Positions 24,931 through 39,205 of a stretch of DNA of 64,000 bases are shown in pieces. The stretch is taken from NCBI RefSeq assembly GCF_009914755.1, contig NC_060933.1. One strand, given 5' to 3'. Position numbers and translations under genes: made by a program. The notes beneath the pieces were generated by a model. It searched no databases. It saw nothing but the letters and a program-made list of their open reading frames with translations, and was not told where the DNA came from. Positions within the stretch are counted from its first letter, which is position 1, and the number at the start of each line of letters is the position of its first letter. This stretch comes from the human T2T-CHM13v2.0 reference genome, Homo sapiens.

Positions 24931-26171
24931 GTGTACAAAAACAACCAATCAACCAATGTTGGTATTATTTGACAGTGTTGGTACATCAATGAGTTCTTTG
25001 TAATCTTGATATTTATATCCATGGATGCTGCTTGAAGCCTGAACTCCTAAGCCACTAATTAGTGGTGGGAAGAAAGAGGGGGTAAATGCTTTAAGAGCTA
25101 GCATATAACAAAAATGAATTGGGTTTATTCTGTATCATATAGAGGGCCTAAGAGGCAAACATTTCATAGAGTATTCAGAAGAACATAAGGAATGACTTTT
25201 TTCACAGTTAACAGCTGTCCAAGAGTGTAGTGGCTGCCTCGTATGATAAAGCATCTGGAACTCATTGAAAAATGCATGTAGAAAATACCAATCAGAGCCT
25301 GATTGATGGGATTTTTCATTACTGCTTTAATATTGGGACTGAATCATTTTGTAGCTCATTAGAAACATGGAAAGTATTTGTTAAATAAATAAGTCATGGA
25401 ATTTCAATTCTAAGGCCATGAAAATTAAAACACCCTACCATTATTTATCAATAAAACACAGTGCAGTTTTGCTCATCAGAATTTTGCCTATGTGATAGCC
25501 TCCTGAGAGTAGGCAGAAAAGAAAGACATAGAACGCAGTGCGTGACTTACAAGGGAATAAAACTGACAGAGGTTAGTGTAAGGTATATAGGCATGAGTGG
25601 GGCTTAAAGAGGATATGGGAGAACACTGAAGACAAATATTAGTACAATTCCTATAAGGTAAATACCAATATGTCTTTCTAGAAGAAGCAATTGTTTTGGA
25701 ATTGAGGAAACCTAGAATGGATTTATCTATATGACTTGGACAGGTTACTTATACTCTTTGGACATTTATTTCTTCTCAGCAAAACAAGGGTAATAATATT
25801 TAACTTGCAAGATTCGTGGAGATAAAAGCTTAAATAAACGGCAGAGTACAGTAATGCTTATATACGGGATGCTAAATAAATAACTCTCACTGTTATTACT
25901 TTGTATTAAGATATTATCTTTGCCCCCTCGTGGCAGTCTCTCAACAAAGAGTACTGTAATTGCATTTAATCCACTTAGTGGATGTGGAGCCCAAAGGGCA
26001 GCCATCACTAGAGCAGCGTACAGGCTTAGTTCCAGACTTCGTGTTTGGTTGTTCATTTCATAGGCGAGCCACGTGTTTTGTAACATATTCTCGTATATGT
26101 TATTTGGATTATTTTCAGGGCTTTCTGAAGAAAATAAACATCGAAATCATAGTTTGTGTTTATGCTACATT

Positions 26172-29100
26172 TATTGGGGTTGTCAGGAAAACAGAGTCCA
26201 TGTAATATGTGGAAATAAGGGAGTTATAGAAATTTAACCTAACATAAACAAAGGAGGAGCTTGAAAATGAATGTCTGGAAGAGGGAAATTGGCAGATAAG
26301 AGACAGATTCACTCATCTACTTGAAGCACTGGTGTGGGCTGACAAGTGGGAACTGAAGCTCTGTGAAGTCCAGCATGTCCAATCACTCAAATGGTTCCCA
26401 GCCAGGGGTTCTGAAGGGGGGCTATGGGAAACCAGTGCCTCTGTGTAGGTTCTAGCTCTGTTGGTCTGTGAGCAAACACCTGGTGGTGAACCTGTGCCAC
26501 CATGGGTCAGTGAGGTCAGAAGGCAGGAAGACAAGCTAGATGTGGAGTAAGGAAAAGTGAAGACAGCCTGGAAATCACTGGGTATCTAACCTTAATGACT
26601 TGTGTTTCACTTCTACCTTAACAATCTCACCATAATTCCTTTTTCTGGGCCAATCTCACTTTGAACAATACAGGAAAGGGAATTCTGAGAAATGTAATTT
26701 GCAGTCAACCAAACTGATAGTGTAGTCTAGTACAGTGTACTCCTTGTCAACACGGCTTTCAGAGCAAAAACAAAATCATTCTTTTACCTGCAGTTGATAT
26801 AACCATATTTCGTACAACAAAAACACACTAGCCCACTCCCCAAAAGGGAACACACAAAGTGACTTACCTATCTGTGGGTTATGCTCATTTCTGTTGTACT
26901 CAGTCAAACCCTCCTTTGAATATCCTATAGCTTTAATCCTGAGATATAGGTAACTACTATTAATAAATCTTTTGTTAGACTAGGAGAAAGGGGAAACACA
27001 CACACACACAAATACACTTACTTTGAAGCAATAAATACATTGATAAATATTTTTTATCTACTAGAGCCCTCATGTTCAGTCATGGGATCATAACTGGTCA
27101 TAAGACCACAGATGTTATTTATAACTGCCTTCTTCCACTAGGCAATTCATATTTTCTCTGCTCCCTGAAAGTGTCTCAGTTAATTGTGGTTCCTTACTTG
27201 ATAGAGTGACCCAAATCCTGGTTCGTGAAGCATCTCTACCATTATAGCCCTGCCTCTATTAGGTTGTTGTAGCTTTTCATGAACTTTTACCACAAAATAT
27301 TGAAAGTCTAAGTGATGCTCTGGAGGATCTTCTGAATACTGGGAATGCTACCCCTGCCTCTTTCCTGTTGTTTCAGTGTCTGAGGTGCCCCAAATAGCCA
27401 GTGGTAGTTGCGAATTCCAGTACAATGTTGTATTCTGTCATGAATTTCTTCTTTGGGAAGTAAGTTCTCTGAACCTGAAAGGTCAAAATTTGTAGAGAAT
27501 CTGAACAAAAATATTACCAGTGGATCATTAGGATTAATGTGAAAGGAGTCATTCTCATATCTACCCTATGATTCCCAGACTCATGAATCCTGGGTATAGG
27601 AGAAACATCGCTACATATTTATAGGTGATTCAAAGCATATCTTACATCCAGGAAGACATTATTGCAGCCCCATAAAGTGCTTTCACCAGCTGGTGCCATA
27701 ACTGAGTCTTCCAAAGACCATTCCATAATTTTATTAGACCAGCTGTTTCAGGATGAAGGGAACAGGAGGATACCAGTAAATTGCATGAGCATGAGCCCAA
27801 CATTGCACTTCATTTGCTATAAAATGAGTTTCTTTGTCAGAAGTAATGTCATATGGAATACTATAAAGGTGAATAAGGCATTGTGTAAACCCACAGCTGG
27901 TGGTTTTAGCAGAAACATCAGGAGTGGGAAAGGCAAAACCATATCTAACATAAGTGTTTTTTGTTGTTGTTGTTTTTCCTCAGTGAGAACAAAGAGGTAC
28001 TCCTTCAATGATGGAAGTGATCCAATGTAATCAACCTGCCACCAGGTGGCTGGCTGGTTCCTCCAGGGAATGGTGCTATTTCAGGGACTCAGTGTAGATC
28101 TTTGCTCTTGGCAGTTTGGGTAGTCAGCAGTGGCTCTATCCAAACTGGCCTTAATGAATGGAAGTCCATGTTGCTGAGACCACGCATAGACTCCATCTCT
28201 GCTTCCATGATCATTCTCTTCATGAGCCAACTGGGCAATTATGGGAATAAAAGAATGGGTAATCTTGTGCATGAGATTTTTAAGATATTCCTCTTGGGAA
28301 GCTGCTCTTATTTGAGCATTTATGTAAGACAAAAATATCTTCATATTTTGTGCCCATTTAGAGAAGTCTTTCTGTATACTTTTTCTCTAGACCTTGTTAC
28401 TGATTTTCCAATCTTGTTTCTTCTAACTTGCTTACCATCCAGCCAAACTGTTAGTCACTGCTCATGACTGATTCCAGATATGTACCTCTATCCATATCTC
28501 CTGCCAGGCAAAATGAACAATCAGGTGTATAGCTTGAAGTTCTTCCCGTTGGAAAAATTTTCTTCACCACTATACTTCAAGGCCACACCTGTAGTGCCTC
28601 ATTGTCCAATTCAGATAGTGCCAGAATAGGGCAGAACCAACTGTGAACAAGGATAAAATTGTTCTTCCTCATTCTGCTGTAATAGACAGCTCCACATAAG
28701 AGAGAGGAGGTGGTGTGGCAGGAATAGAAGCCATGGGAATTTAAGCCACTTTCTATGCAACTTATTTATGACTTCAACATCTTTGGAGGAAAATTCATCT
28801 ATTGTTTCCACTTGATGAAGTACTGCTACGTAACACTTGGCGAGTCAGACAACACCTTGTTAATATGAATACTTATGGTCACCTGCTTATTTGATGGCCA
28901 ATACTAAGTGTCAGGACTCTGGTGGGAACCTGTAACAAGAAGGAAGCAGTTTCTCAAAAGGACAATAATTCCCTGTGAGAAAACAAAACTTTTCTCTGAA
29001 GTCTGAGAGGGGTATACTGTGAATCACCTATAAGGATCTGCTGAAGGTTTCTCTTAGGATCTCTAGCTGCCATAAGACACCTCAAGCCCCATTGGATTTG

Positions 29101-31360
29101 CTGGGTTGTATGGCCCACATGGCAGGAGAGGTTGAATGACAGTTTGGCTCTGTTGCAGAACCACCTTGTAATCTGGGCCTGACTCAAAACTGAGAGCTTA
29201 TTGGATTATTTGGTAAATGGTTTAAAGTAAGATGCCCAAATCAGGTATCTATTGGAACCAAAATACAGAGCTCCACCTCTTAGAGATAGCAGGTGTCAGA
29301 TACACAAACATGTTTTCCATCTGATAAGAGATGTTTCAATATGCACCAGGCCCTAATTCCTACAAATTCCACAGATATTACATGCTCGTGAATGTTTATA
29401 GGGTTTATTCTTCAAGCCTCTGGCATGCATATCTCTGGACAAGATATCTAGAGTATTTTCTACCTTCTGCTTATTGGGTTCAATCAGAATGATATCTATA
29501 TAGTAGGCTTGCTTGATGTCCCGTAGAATGGAGAAGCAAACAAGTTCTTGGTGGCCTATCTCTGTAGTAGACTTGCTTGATGTCCCATAGAGTGGAGAAG
29601 CAAACAACTTCCTGGTGGACTACACTGTAGCAGAGAGCTGGAGAGTTGAAATAGTCTTAAGGAATGCTACGTGCATTACTGCTTCTAGTGGTTCTTACTA
29701 ACAAGTATAGAGAAAAAGTATTTATGACATCAGCAGCCTAAAACTACAAAAAAGAGGCTGTGTTGGTTTGTTCCAATAAAGCAACTACATCTGGAAATAC
29801 AACTGCAGTTATAATCATTACCTAATTAAGCTTATGTCATTCCACAAGATCCATCTGCCTTAGCCACAGGCCAAATAGGTGATTTGAATGGGAATGTGTT
29901 AGGACCCCTTCCATCCTTGACTGTGGCACAAACTTTGGTGGTCCCTCTAGGAATGTGTTATTGCTTTTGTTTCACTGCTTTGGGAGGGAGAAAAGTTCTT
30001 AAGACTCTATTTGACATTTCCAATTGTAATAGTCCTCAGTCCCTGTGTCAGAGATCCAATGTGGAAATTCTGCCAGTTTTTGAATATGTATCTTCCAAAG
30101 ATGCTTTCCAGAAATGAGGAAATAAATGTAGAATAGATTTGGGAGCCCATTAGACTCACTGTGAGATGGACTTGAACCAAACTGTCATTGATGATTAGAC
30201 CTTACTCACCTCTTTAAGACCTACCCAGCCTGGTGGACCACAGTGGCAGTTTAGGTTTCTAGAGAGTAGTTATTGTTCGGTAAATTCTAAAAAGTAGGGT
30301 TATTTTTATTTTCTTAATGTATAGTCTCTTGGTAAATTGGTTTAGGTCCTTTCGGAGAAAGCTAGGAGAAATATTTACTATGTAAATTACTGAAAGTGTA
30401 GCAGAGTCTCTACTTACAAGTACCCATCTTCACTTTCTGCAAGAGGCTCTGGGTCTATAAACAGGTTCAACTCTAGAAGTATGTTGAGGGGTCATTACTT
30501 TCCTTATGATAATTTGAGGCAGACTTAGCTTTATCAGACCTAGTGCTTTTCCACCTATACAAATCAAGTGTGACTTTATTAACCTGCCCACCTATTTCAT
30601 TTGTAGAAACACAATTATTGATTAGTCAATGCAAAACATCTCTGTAGGTCATATCATTCTGGTAATTGCTTCAGCACAATTTTTTAAAACATAGAATTCA
30701 TGTCCATCTTGTATCTGTAATATAAGTGCCACTTCTTGGATTTCACAACTCCTGGGTCACATCATCCCTTGTGAATTCAGGGAGGGTATTTTCCTGGCCA
30801 CAAGTCTCACAGATATCCCTGGCATACAGGGAAAAGCCACAACAGAGGACTTTGATGATGATGGTGCTTTCTTTACCAAGGGGGTACCATCTTCGAGGGT
30901 CTCCTAGGGAATATAATTTAGAGGTGCATAAGCAGTTAACATGTAATAAATCCACTCCGACTTTTAATCTCCAAAACCCAGTGCACATGATCTTGCCAGA
31001 GTGGCTTAATGGAAAGGGCACTATGGAGGTGTCTATAGAAAGCAGTTTTCTCTATGTAGCTACTACATCCGTGAGTCCTCAGCCAAACACCTGCTGGTGG
31101 GAATTGGGCTGCTCTTGGTCGACAAGATCAGCAATTAGGAATATACGCTAATTTTCTAGTGGAAGAGAGAAAGGACAAGTTAAGACCTGCTGGGTACCGC
31201 TGAATCTTTCTCACTGTAATGACTTCTGCTTCCTTTCTGCTTTGTAAATCTTGTAGAGTTCCTCTTTGGGCCAACTCAAACTTTGAAACATATAGGGAAG
31301 GAAATTCCGGGAAATTTAGTTTCCAGTCTTAGCCAAGTTGACAGAACAAAATCAAGCATA
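26172..31360 (-). mobile_element. Ancient ERV-L (class III) provirus with LTR41/LTR52-like LTRs
   Basis: Shared LTR sequence at 26645-26734 and 31265-31360 (gggccaa...agg(a/g)aagg(g/a)aattc(t/c)g(a/g)gaaat); minus-strand ERV-L integrase remnant (ORF 28081..28344, AHEENDHGSRDGVYAWSQQHGLP...YPNCQ) and RT remnant (ORF 29353..29607, YYIDIILI). Subfamily name from memory. Confidence 0.8.
29501..29630. repeat. 64-bp tandem duplication within the ERV-L RT region
   Basis: tagtag(g/a)cttgcttgatgtccc(g/a)taga(a/g)tggagaagcaaacaa... at 29501 and 29565. Confidence 0.9.
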
Positions 31361-31739
31361 TAAAATATTATAAATTTCATAGTTTTTCAATTGTATAGCT
31401 TTATGAAGCAGTATTTTTTCTTACTCCGAATCAAAGCATGGGCACATATTAAATACAGGGAATCAATAATAGTAAATGCCTAATGTCTTTAGGCTGACCT
31501 ACTGTTGATTTCACTAGCTTTAAAAATTTATTTTAAGATAATTTTAAAATTACTTGTCATTGTAAGAAACAGTACAGAAACATCCCATATACCTTTTACC
31601 CACTTTTCTCCAAGAGTAACATCTTGAATAATTTTAGTGCAATGTCACAACTAGGAAATTGACATAATCCACAGAATATGCATGAATTTCATTCAAGACA
31701 ACATACAAAGTCGAGATTTTTGACATAGGAAAACGTCAT

Positions 31740-32060
31740 TTTAAAAGATCATTCTCACTGTGTGGTGGAGAACAAAGGAGCAAAGAAGGGAGCAAAAACG
31801 TACATTTGGAGGTTGTTGTGTAAACCAGATAAGAGACGACAGTGGCTTAGAAGATGATTGTAAAAATAAAAAAAGAGTTGGAGGTGTGGTAAGTAGTAAT
31901 AAGATGGTAGATACATTTTGAATGTAGAAACCGTAAGATTTGCTTAGGGATTCGGGTGTAAAAAAAAGAAAGGTACCAAAGATTCTTCTACAGTTTTGCT
32001 CTAAACAACTGGACTGAATGGTGTTCTTACTTACTGAGATGAGAAAGACTGTAAATTTGT
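31740..32060 (-). mobile_element. L2 fragment
   Basis: aaaagatcattctcactgtgtggtggagaa...gacagtggcttag...tactgagatgagaaagact. Confidence 0.6.
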
Positions 32061-33326
32061 TCATTTTTGTGCCATTCAGGCAGCCTGAAAATTTTCAAAG
32101 AACAATTATTATACTGGCCAGCCATCTTTCTGGTCACAATAGGATTATATTAAAATGTTTTTAATTGAAGAAAAACCATAACAACTTTTCTTTCCTCTAA
32201 CCGCCTCCTTTTACACGCTAAGAAAGTAAAACGAAAGTACTGTTAGTAACTTAGGAGTAGAAAGTAAAATTTCAATGGAGTATTGTGAAAAATACTTAGA
32301 GGTGAGTGATAGTTACAAATTAACTACTACACAGTGTGATGCAGCTTAAGAGACTGAGAAAAGGAAATTTTCAGCTTTAAATGTATTACCTTTCAAAAGT
32401 TTACAAATAATCAAATAATTTAACTCAAGAAGCTAGGTAAGAGTAGGTAATGGATCTGAGAAAGGAGAAGGGAATTATACAGGGAGAAGTAGAGATTAAT
32501 AAAGTAGAAATTAAATAACAAAGGTGCAGGTCAAAAAAAGCAAAAACTTGTTCTATGAAAAGATTAATAAATAGAAAAATCTCTATAGAAAGGCTCACCA
32601 AGAAAGAAGGAGAGAAGGCATAAATACATAATATTATAAGTGATATGGGAGGTAGAACAAGAGATTCAGTAGAGATGAAATAAATCATAACAATAGTATG
32701 AATACTAAATTTTTTGAAAACTTATGTCAATTATAAACATTTTTAGGAATTATTTAAAAATTGGCAAAGTTGAGAAGCCACCATTAAATAAGTGGAATAT
32801 GTAGTTTAAAAAATGCAGGCCTGTGCTTCCATGGGACTGTCAGTGCCACAGTGTTTCTGGCAAGGTTTACCAAACATGCAAGGAACAGCTAATCTCTATT
32901 TTATGAAAAATCTTTTAGAATATAAAACAAGAGAGAATGCTTATTAAACTTCACATTAGAGGTATATCTTGATAACAAAACATGACAAGTGCTGAAAAGG
33001 AAAATTTATTTATGCAGAAATCTTAAATGAAGGAAATTAAGAAATCAAAGTCACTTGTGTATCTAAAAATAATACACATTAACCATATATTCCTCAAATA
33101 CAGATATCTTATTGGTGTAATTTTTTACATTAACAAATTAAGAAAAATCTTATTTATAGATAAAGAAAATATTTAATAAATTTCAAAGCTAATTTTTAAG
33201 AAACCTTTTAGATAACTAGGGATGAAAACTATGAATAGATCCAGTGATAAGAAAGAGACATTTTAACTAATTCTTACTAAACTATGAGTTTTAAGTTGTT
33301 GAATGGTTGCCATATGCCTGTCTTTT

Positions 33327-33380
33327 GTGTGTGTGTATGTGTGTGTGTACGTGTGTGTGTGTGTGCATGCGTGTGTGTGG
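33327..33380. repeat. (TG)n microsatellite, imperfect
   Basis: Visible directly in the sequence. Confidence 0.9.
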
Positions 33381-34427
33381 TTTCCCTCATGTTACAGAGG
33401 ACAGACTGAGGAACAGAGGGTCAAGGAATCTAAGTTCATGTTGCAAGTAAAGTAGAGGAGCTGGGAGTTGAACTTCACACTTGGATAGCCTCTATCCCAA
33501 ATTTATGCTCTGTATGACCTGTCTCACACTAAAGTAGGTAAAGCTGGTAAATTTTATACTTATTTCATTACTCAGGAGACATTTAATCAGTGGTTCAAGG
33601 ATATCAGAAGTTAGCATGTTGTGATTCTCTTGTTCTCTCTTGCTCACAATAGGTCTATCATAGTTTCAGCCATCACATTTGTGTTCTTGTAAAAGGAAGA
33701 AAGACTCAGCAAGGAGAAAGATGTGACACCAGTCATCTACTGATAAATATTTAACAATAACGTCAGGCTACTAGGTGGTGGTGAACATATCTGATTGTAG
33801 CAATTGCCTAATCCCATGGTGTAAATACTTGAACCATGACTAATTTTAAGCTATCAAACTGATGTCACTGAATGGGGTTTGGGAAGAAATGTACACCATA
33901 GGTTATCTTGGCAAGCATGGATTGGCTCTAGAGCATGGCTTGGTGGTGCCTATATCAGGAAAGAAAAACTATCCTACAAATCTCCAGCAGAACTTTGCTC
34001 ATGTCTCAATGACAAGAGTAGTGTCACATCACCTGCTGTAGCTCTAAGAAATTGTATGTTTTATTTGAGCACATTGCCACCTCAAATAAAATTGTAAGGA
34101 AATGCCTATTCATTAAAGAACCAACAGCTTCTGCCTTTAATGGGAACTTCCTTAATTTAATGCAGCAAACATCATACTTAATGGCAACTCTTTAGAGAGA
34201 TCTTAAAGTCAGAAATATGACAAGAAGAGTCACTCATACTGCTTCTATTGAGCATTGTACCAGAAGTGTTAGCCAATGCAGTATAATACAAAAATTGAAT
34301 AATTGTTGAAAATTAACTCAATATTTTCAATTGCTATGATAAAAAAATCAAAGAGAAACTAGAACTAAGGAAAGAATTCAACAAGATGGCTGGTTATAAG
34401 CCCAACACACAAACAAAATCAGTAACT

Positions 34428-34429
<2 letters not shown>

Positions 34430-34463
<34 letters not shown>

Positions 34464-34690
34464 AAAAATATATATAAATATATATAGAAAATATATAAAT
34501 ATATATAAATATATATAAAATATATATAAATATATAGAAAATATGTATAAATATAGAATATATAAAAATATATATAGAAAAAATATATAAATATATATAG
34601 AAAAGTTCTTGATTTATATATATAGAAAAATATATAATATATACAGAGAGAAGTTATTGATTTTATATATATATTTTCTATGTATATAAA
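34430..34690. repeat. (TC)n-(TA)n compound microsatellite / AT-rich tract
   Basis: Visible directly in the sequence. Confidence 0.9.
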
Positions 34691-35856
34691 AACAATAGCT
34701 AGTTAGAAAAACATAGTAGAATAAAAAAATTAACATTCATAACAGCAACAAAAACTGTAAAATGCCTAGGATCAAAGTTAACTAAATACGTATGAAAACT
34801 TGAAAAAAATTATGAAATGTTTCTAGAGAACATAAAATAAAACTTTAATAAATACTTATGGAAGAACATAAATATTTATGGAGAATGCTCAATAGAAGTA
34901 CAATGCTCAATTAGTAAAGTTGTCTATTCTTCCTAAAATAATTTGGGAGACATTTTGTTAGATATAAAAGCTGAAGAGCCAGAATACTTGAGTTCAAATT
35001 CCACCTCCACACCTTACTTGCCAAATAACCTTAGGTAAGTTATTTAACTTCTTTGGGCTTTCATCTATTAAATCAGTTAAATGGGTATAATGCTAATAAT
35101 TTTATACTCCTTCATTTGATCACTCAGGTGACCAAAAGAATGAATACATGTAAGATATTTAGAGCAGTACCTGGCCCATTTATGTACATATGTTTTATTA
35201 ACCTATAAATCCAATGCAATTCCAATAAAAATTTCAGGAACTTTTGTTGAGTATGATGCCTCAATATGAAAATAAAATAAAAAGCCAAAAAAAAAAAAAC
35301 CACCTCAGATACAAAACAGTTCTGGAAAAGAAAAGAAAAAATTTTACTATCAGACATCAGATTTCCCTATTAGATATCCAATTAGATTTTTTTTATCAGA
35401 TGGCACATAGTAAGTATTCAGTAATTATAGTCATAGTTTAGGCTAATTATAAAGTTATACTAACAGTGTGGTAATAGACAATCAGGTATAGATAATCAAG
35501 TTAGTAGAATGTCATAGAAACTTACCCAAGTATATATGGAACTATAGGATAAGATTCATTCATTTATACAGTGAGGAATTTATTGACACCTTCTATATCC
35601 CAGGCATTCTTCTGTGCACTGGGGGATACAACAGTGAGAAGACTGTCAGGATCCATGCCCTTGTGAAATTGATGTTCTAGTTAGTGTGATCCGATAATAA
35701 ACAGACAAGTAAATATAAACTATATCAGGTAGTGCTAAGTGTTATGAAGAAAAGTAAAGCAAGATAAAAGAATAGAGAATGCTGGTGGCTGGGAGAGTGA
35801 CAGCAATGGCTATTTCAGTTTGGGTGGTCAGAAAAAGCCTTTTCAGAGAACATGGC

Positions 35857-36216
35857 TCATATGGTTTGGTTTTGTGTGCCCACTCAAATGTCATCTTGAA
35901 TTGTAATTCCCACATGTCAGGAGAGGGAACTGGTGGCGGGTGATTGGATCATGGGTACTGTTTCCCCCATGCTATTTTCTTGATAGTGAGGGAGTTCTCA
36001 CCAGATCTGATGGTTTCAAAAGTAGCAGTTTTCCCTCTCTCTCTCTCCTGTTGCCATGCAAGACGTGCCTTGCTTCCCCTTCACCTTCTGCCAGGATTCT
36101 AAGTTTCTTGAGGCCTCCCTGCCATGCAGAACTGTGAGTTAATTCAATCTCTTTTGTTTCTAAATTACCCAGCCTCAGGTAGTATCTTTATAGCAGTGTG
36201 AGAACAGACTAATACA
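35857..36216 (+). mobile_element. MaLR solo LTR (MSTA/THE1-like)
   Basis: tcatatggtttgg...agaacagactaataca, with a perfect 5-bp TSD atggc (35852-35856, 36217-36221). Confidence 0.9.
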
Positions 36217-36754
36217 ATGGCATTTGAACACAACGGAGTAAATGGCAAGGCAGGTATGTAGAGGTATGGGGCTAAGGAGAACCACAAGCACACAGGATGG
36301 AAACAGGAACAAGCCTAATTTTACTTGCAGTATGCATGAACAGTGTGGTTAAAACACAATGTGATAAAAGAGGTTGGAGAGAGATCAGTATGGTGTTGGT
36401 GGCAACAGTGATCAACTGAAATATTTAAATTAGTGTGATGTCTCAGAAGCCACTGGACAGTCTGAGCAGGGAAGTCAAGGCTGGGTTTACATTTCACAGG
36501 GATTTGTCTGATTACTTTGTAGGAAATAACTGCTCTGCAGTGCAAGAGAGGAAGCAGGGAGAACAATTATGCTATTCAATAGTCTAGCTGAGGACTGATG
36601 GTGGCTTTGACCAGGACTGGAGCTGTGACCAGGACTGGAGGTGATAAAAAGTCGTTGGATTAATGCTTAAATTATTGATGAACTGTGTGTGAGGTATGAT
36701 GGAAATAGAAGTGCCAAGAGTGATGCTTGCATTTTTTTCTCCTAAAAGATTGTG

Positions 36755-37062
36755 TGCGCCTGTAATCCCAGGACTTTGGGAGACCAAGATCAGCAGATCA
36801 CTTAAGGCCAGGAATTTGAGTCCAGCCTGGGCAACAAGGTGAGACTCCATCTCTACTGAAAATACAAAAGTTAGCTGGGCTTGGTGGCCCACACCTGTAG
36901 TCCTGGCAACTTGTGGGGCTGAGGTGGGAGAATCAGTTAAACCTGGGAGGTGGTAGGAGTGAGCTCTGATCATACCACTGCACTCCAGCCTGGGTGACAG
37001 AGCAAAAACCCTGTCAAAAACAAAACTAACCAACCAACCAACCAAAAAAAAACAAACAAAAA
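36755..37062 (+). mobile_element. AluJ, slightly 5'-truncated
   Basis: Two-arm Alu with an A/AACC-rich tail. Confidence 0.9.
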
Positions 37063-38909
37063 TGCAAGCGATTTTTCTATTTGCTGACTTTTTCTTTTTT
37101 TACATTTTAAGTTTAAGGTATCTGTTAGATATCCAAACTTTAGGTATCACATAGCTGTTACATATATGAAGCTAGAAGTCGGAGGACTAGTAGGAAAACG
37201 AGAGATAAATTAGGAAGTTATTATATTTAAAGCAATGAGTTTGTGTAGGATTTATTAAGGAGAAAGTATAGATAGAGTCAGGAGAATGATGTTCTTCAGC
37301 ATCCAACATTTAAAGGTGAGGAAGAAGAGGGGCCAGCCAAGAATATCGAAAAGAAGTGGTTATTGAAATAGGGGAAACACTGTCTTAGAAACCAAATTAA
37401 AAAAAGGGAATGGGGATAATGAATTGTGTCTGTTGCTAATAAAGGTTTAATATGATGAGAACTGAGATGGATCATTGAATCTGACGATCTTATTGTCAAG
37501 TGCCCCTAACAAGAAAAGATTTGGTAGGGTAACGGTGGCTAAAACCTGATTGGACTGAAGGAGAGAATGGGAGTTGAAGAATAAACCAAAAGTTTAGTTA
37601 ATGTGTTTGAAAATCTTTTTTTAAAGGGTAACAGGGAACTAGGATGGCAGCTGAAGAGATACATGGATTCTAGGAAGTTTCATTTGTTTTTCTTCTAAGG
37701 ACAATAGTATGGCATGTTTGTGTGTTTATAGGAATAATGCAGTAGAGACAATGATGCAGAGAAGTAATAATGGCAGGTGTATAGTCTTCTAGTGGTAACA
37801 GGAAATGGGATTTTGGGGACGAGTAGAGGAGATGGCTTTAGAGAAGAGCAGAGACAACCATTGTAATAAGGGGGAAAGAAGAGTATAGGCACAGAAGCAG
37901 AAGGTTGGTAGGTTTATGATGAAATATGAACCATTTCTCCTTTAAGTGCTTATATTTTTTTCAGTAAAATTGGAGGTGAAAGCACAAACTAAAAATGAGA
38001 AGAGGAGAAAGAAGGCGTGTAATAGTTATCTTGGAGATTAAAAGAGTGAACTGATGATGGAAATTGCCTGGTGCTGCTGAGAGTCTGTTGAGATGTGTTG
38101 ATAAACATTTCAATTGGTTTTCTTCAGTTATGTTCTACTTATTCTATAGAGTCATGTCCTCACCTTCTCCCTTCTCCCAATTTGCTTGGATTCCTCACTG
38201 ATTAATCCCAAATGGAAGCTGGAGGTGACAAGATATTTTGATTTGTCTGTACAGGTCAACCTTCTGGGATACAGAGTGGATGGGGAAGAAGAGTTGATCT
38301 GGAAGGATAAAGGTACATATCTGGTACATCATCATGCTATTCACAAAAGTAAATCCCAGATAGAATAAAGGCCTGTATGTTAAAAACAGAACTTTCCGAT
38401 TATTAGAAGACAATGTGACTATCTTTATATCTAAGGGGGATGAAAATATTTTTTTTTACCAAAACAGAACTATAGTAAAATTAAAAATTTTAACAATAAA
38501 ATACAAAATAACCGAAGACATTAGAAACTACATATATAACATACAAAAATATCTATTCAGGATATGTAAACACTATTAATCAATAAAATTGGCCAAATAA
38601 CCAACAGTTTTAATGAACTAGTTGGATCTTTATGTATCAATACGGATAAATCTGAAGAGAAAACTGCTGATTAGAAAGAACATCTCATGAAATAATTGTG
38701 TATACTACAATTCTATTCATGAAAATTAAGCTAAAATACAGAACTTAGAATATATTTTTTATGGGTAGATATATAATAAAAGTACAAACATATGGACTGG
38801 CTATAATAACCATATCAGTTACCTCTAGAAAAGGAAGGAAATGGAACTGGTGAGTGTAACAGGTGTATGAATATAATCTGTAAGGTTTCATTTCTTTAAA
38901 AATTTCAAG

Positions 38910-39205
<296 letters not shown>

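Larger units (their letters stand above)
32130..35540 (+). mobile_element. Fragmented old L1ME-like LINE with nested MIR/LTR pieces and microsatellites
   Basis: A-rich degenerate ORF2-like segments (e.g. agccaatgcagtataatac, aattcaacaagatggctggttataag, aaatccaatgcaattccaataaaaat); MIR at ~34965-35185. Confidence 0.6.
35555..38100 (-). mobile_element. L2 LINE, interrupted by a MaLR LTR and an Alu
   Basis: 3' end ttcattcattt...tttattgacaccttctatatcccaggc; typical antisense L2 motifs continue to ~38100. Confidence 0.65.

Noticed and set aside
36584-37045. 153-aa and other Alu-derived ORFs (43703, 44410, 49343, 50961, 63017)
   Set aside because: Typical Alu translations, not genes.
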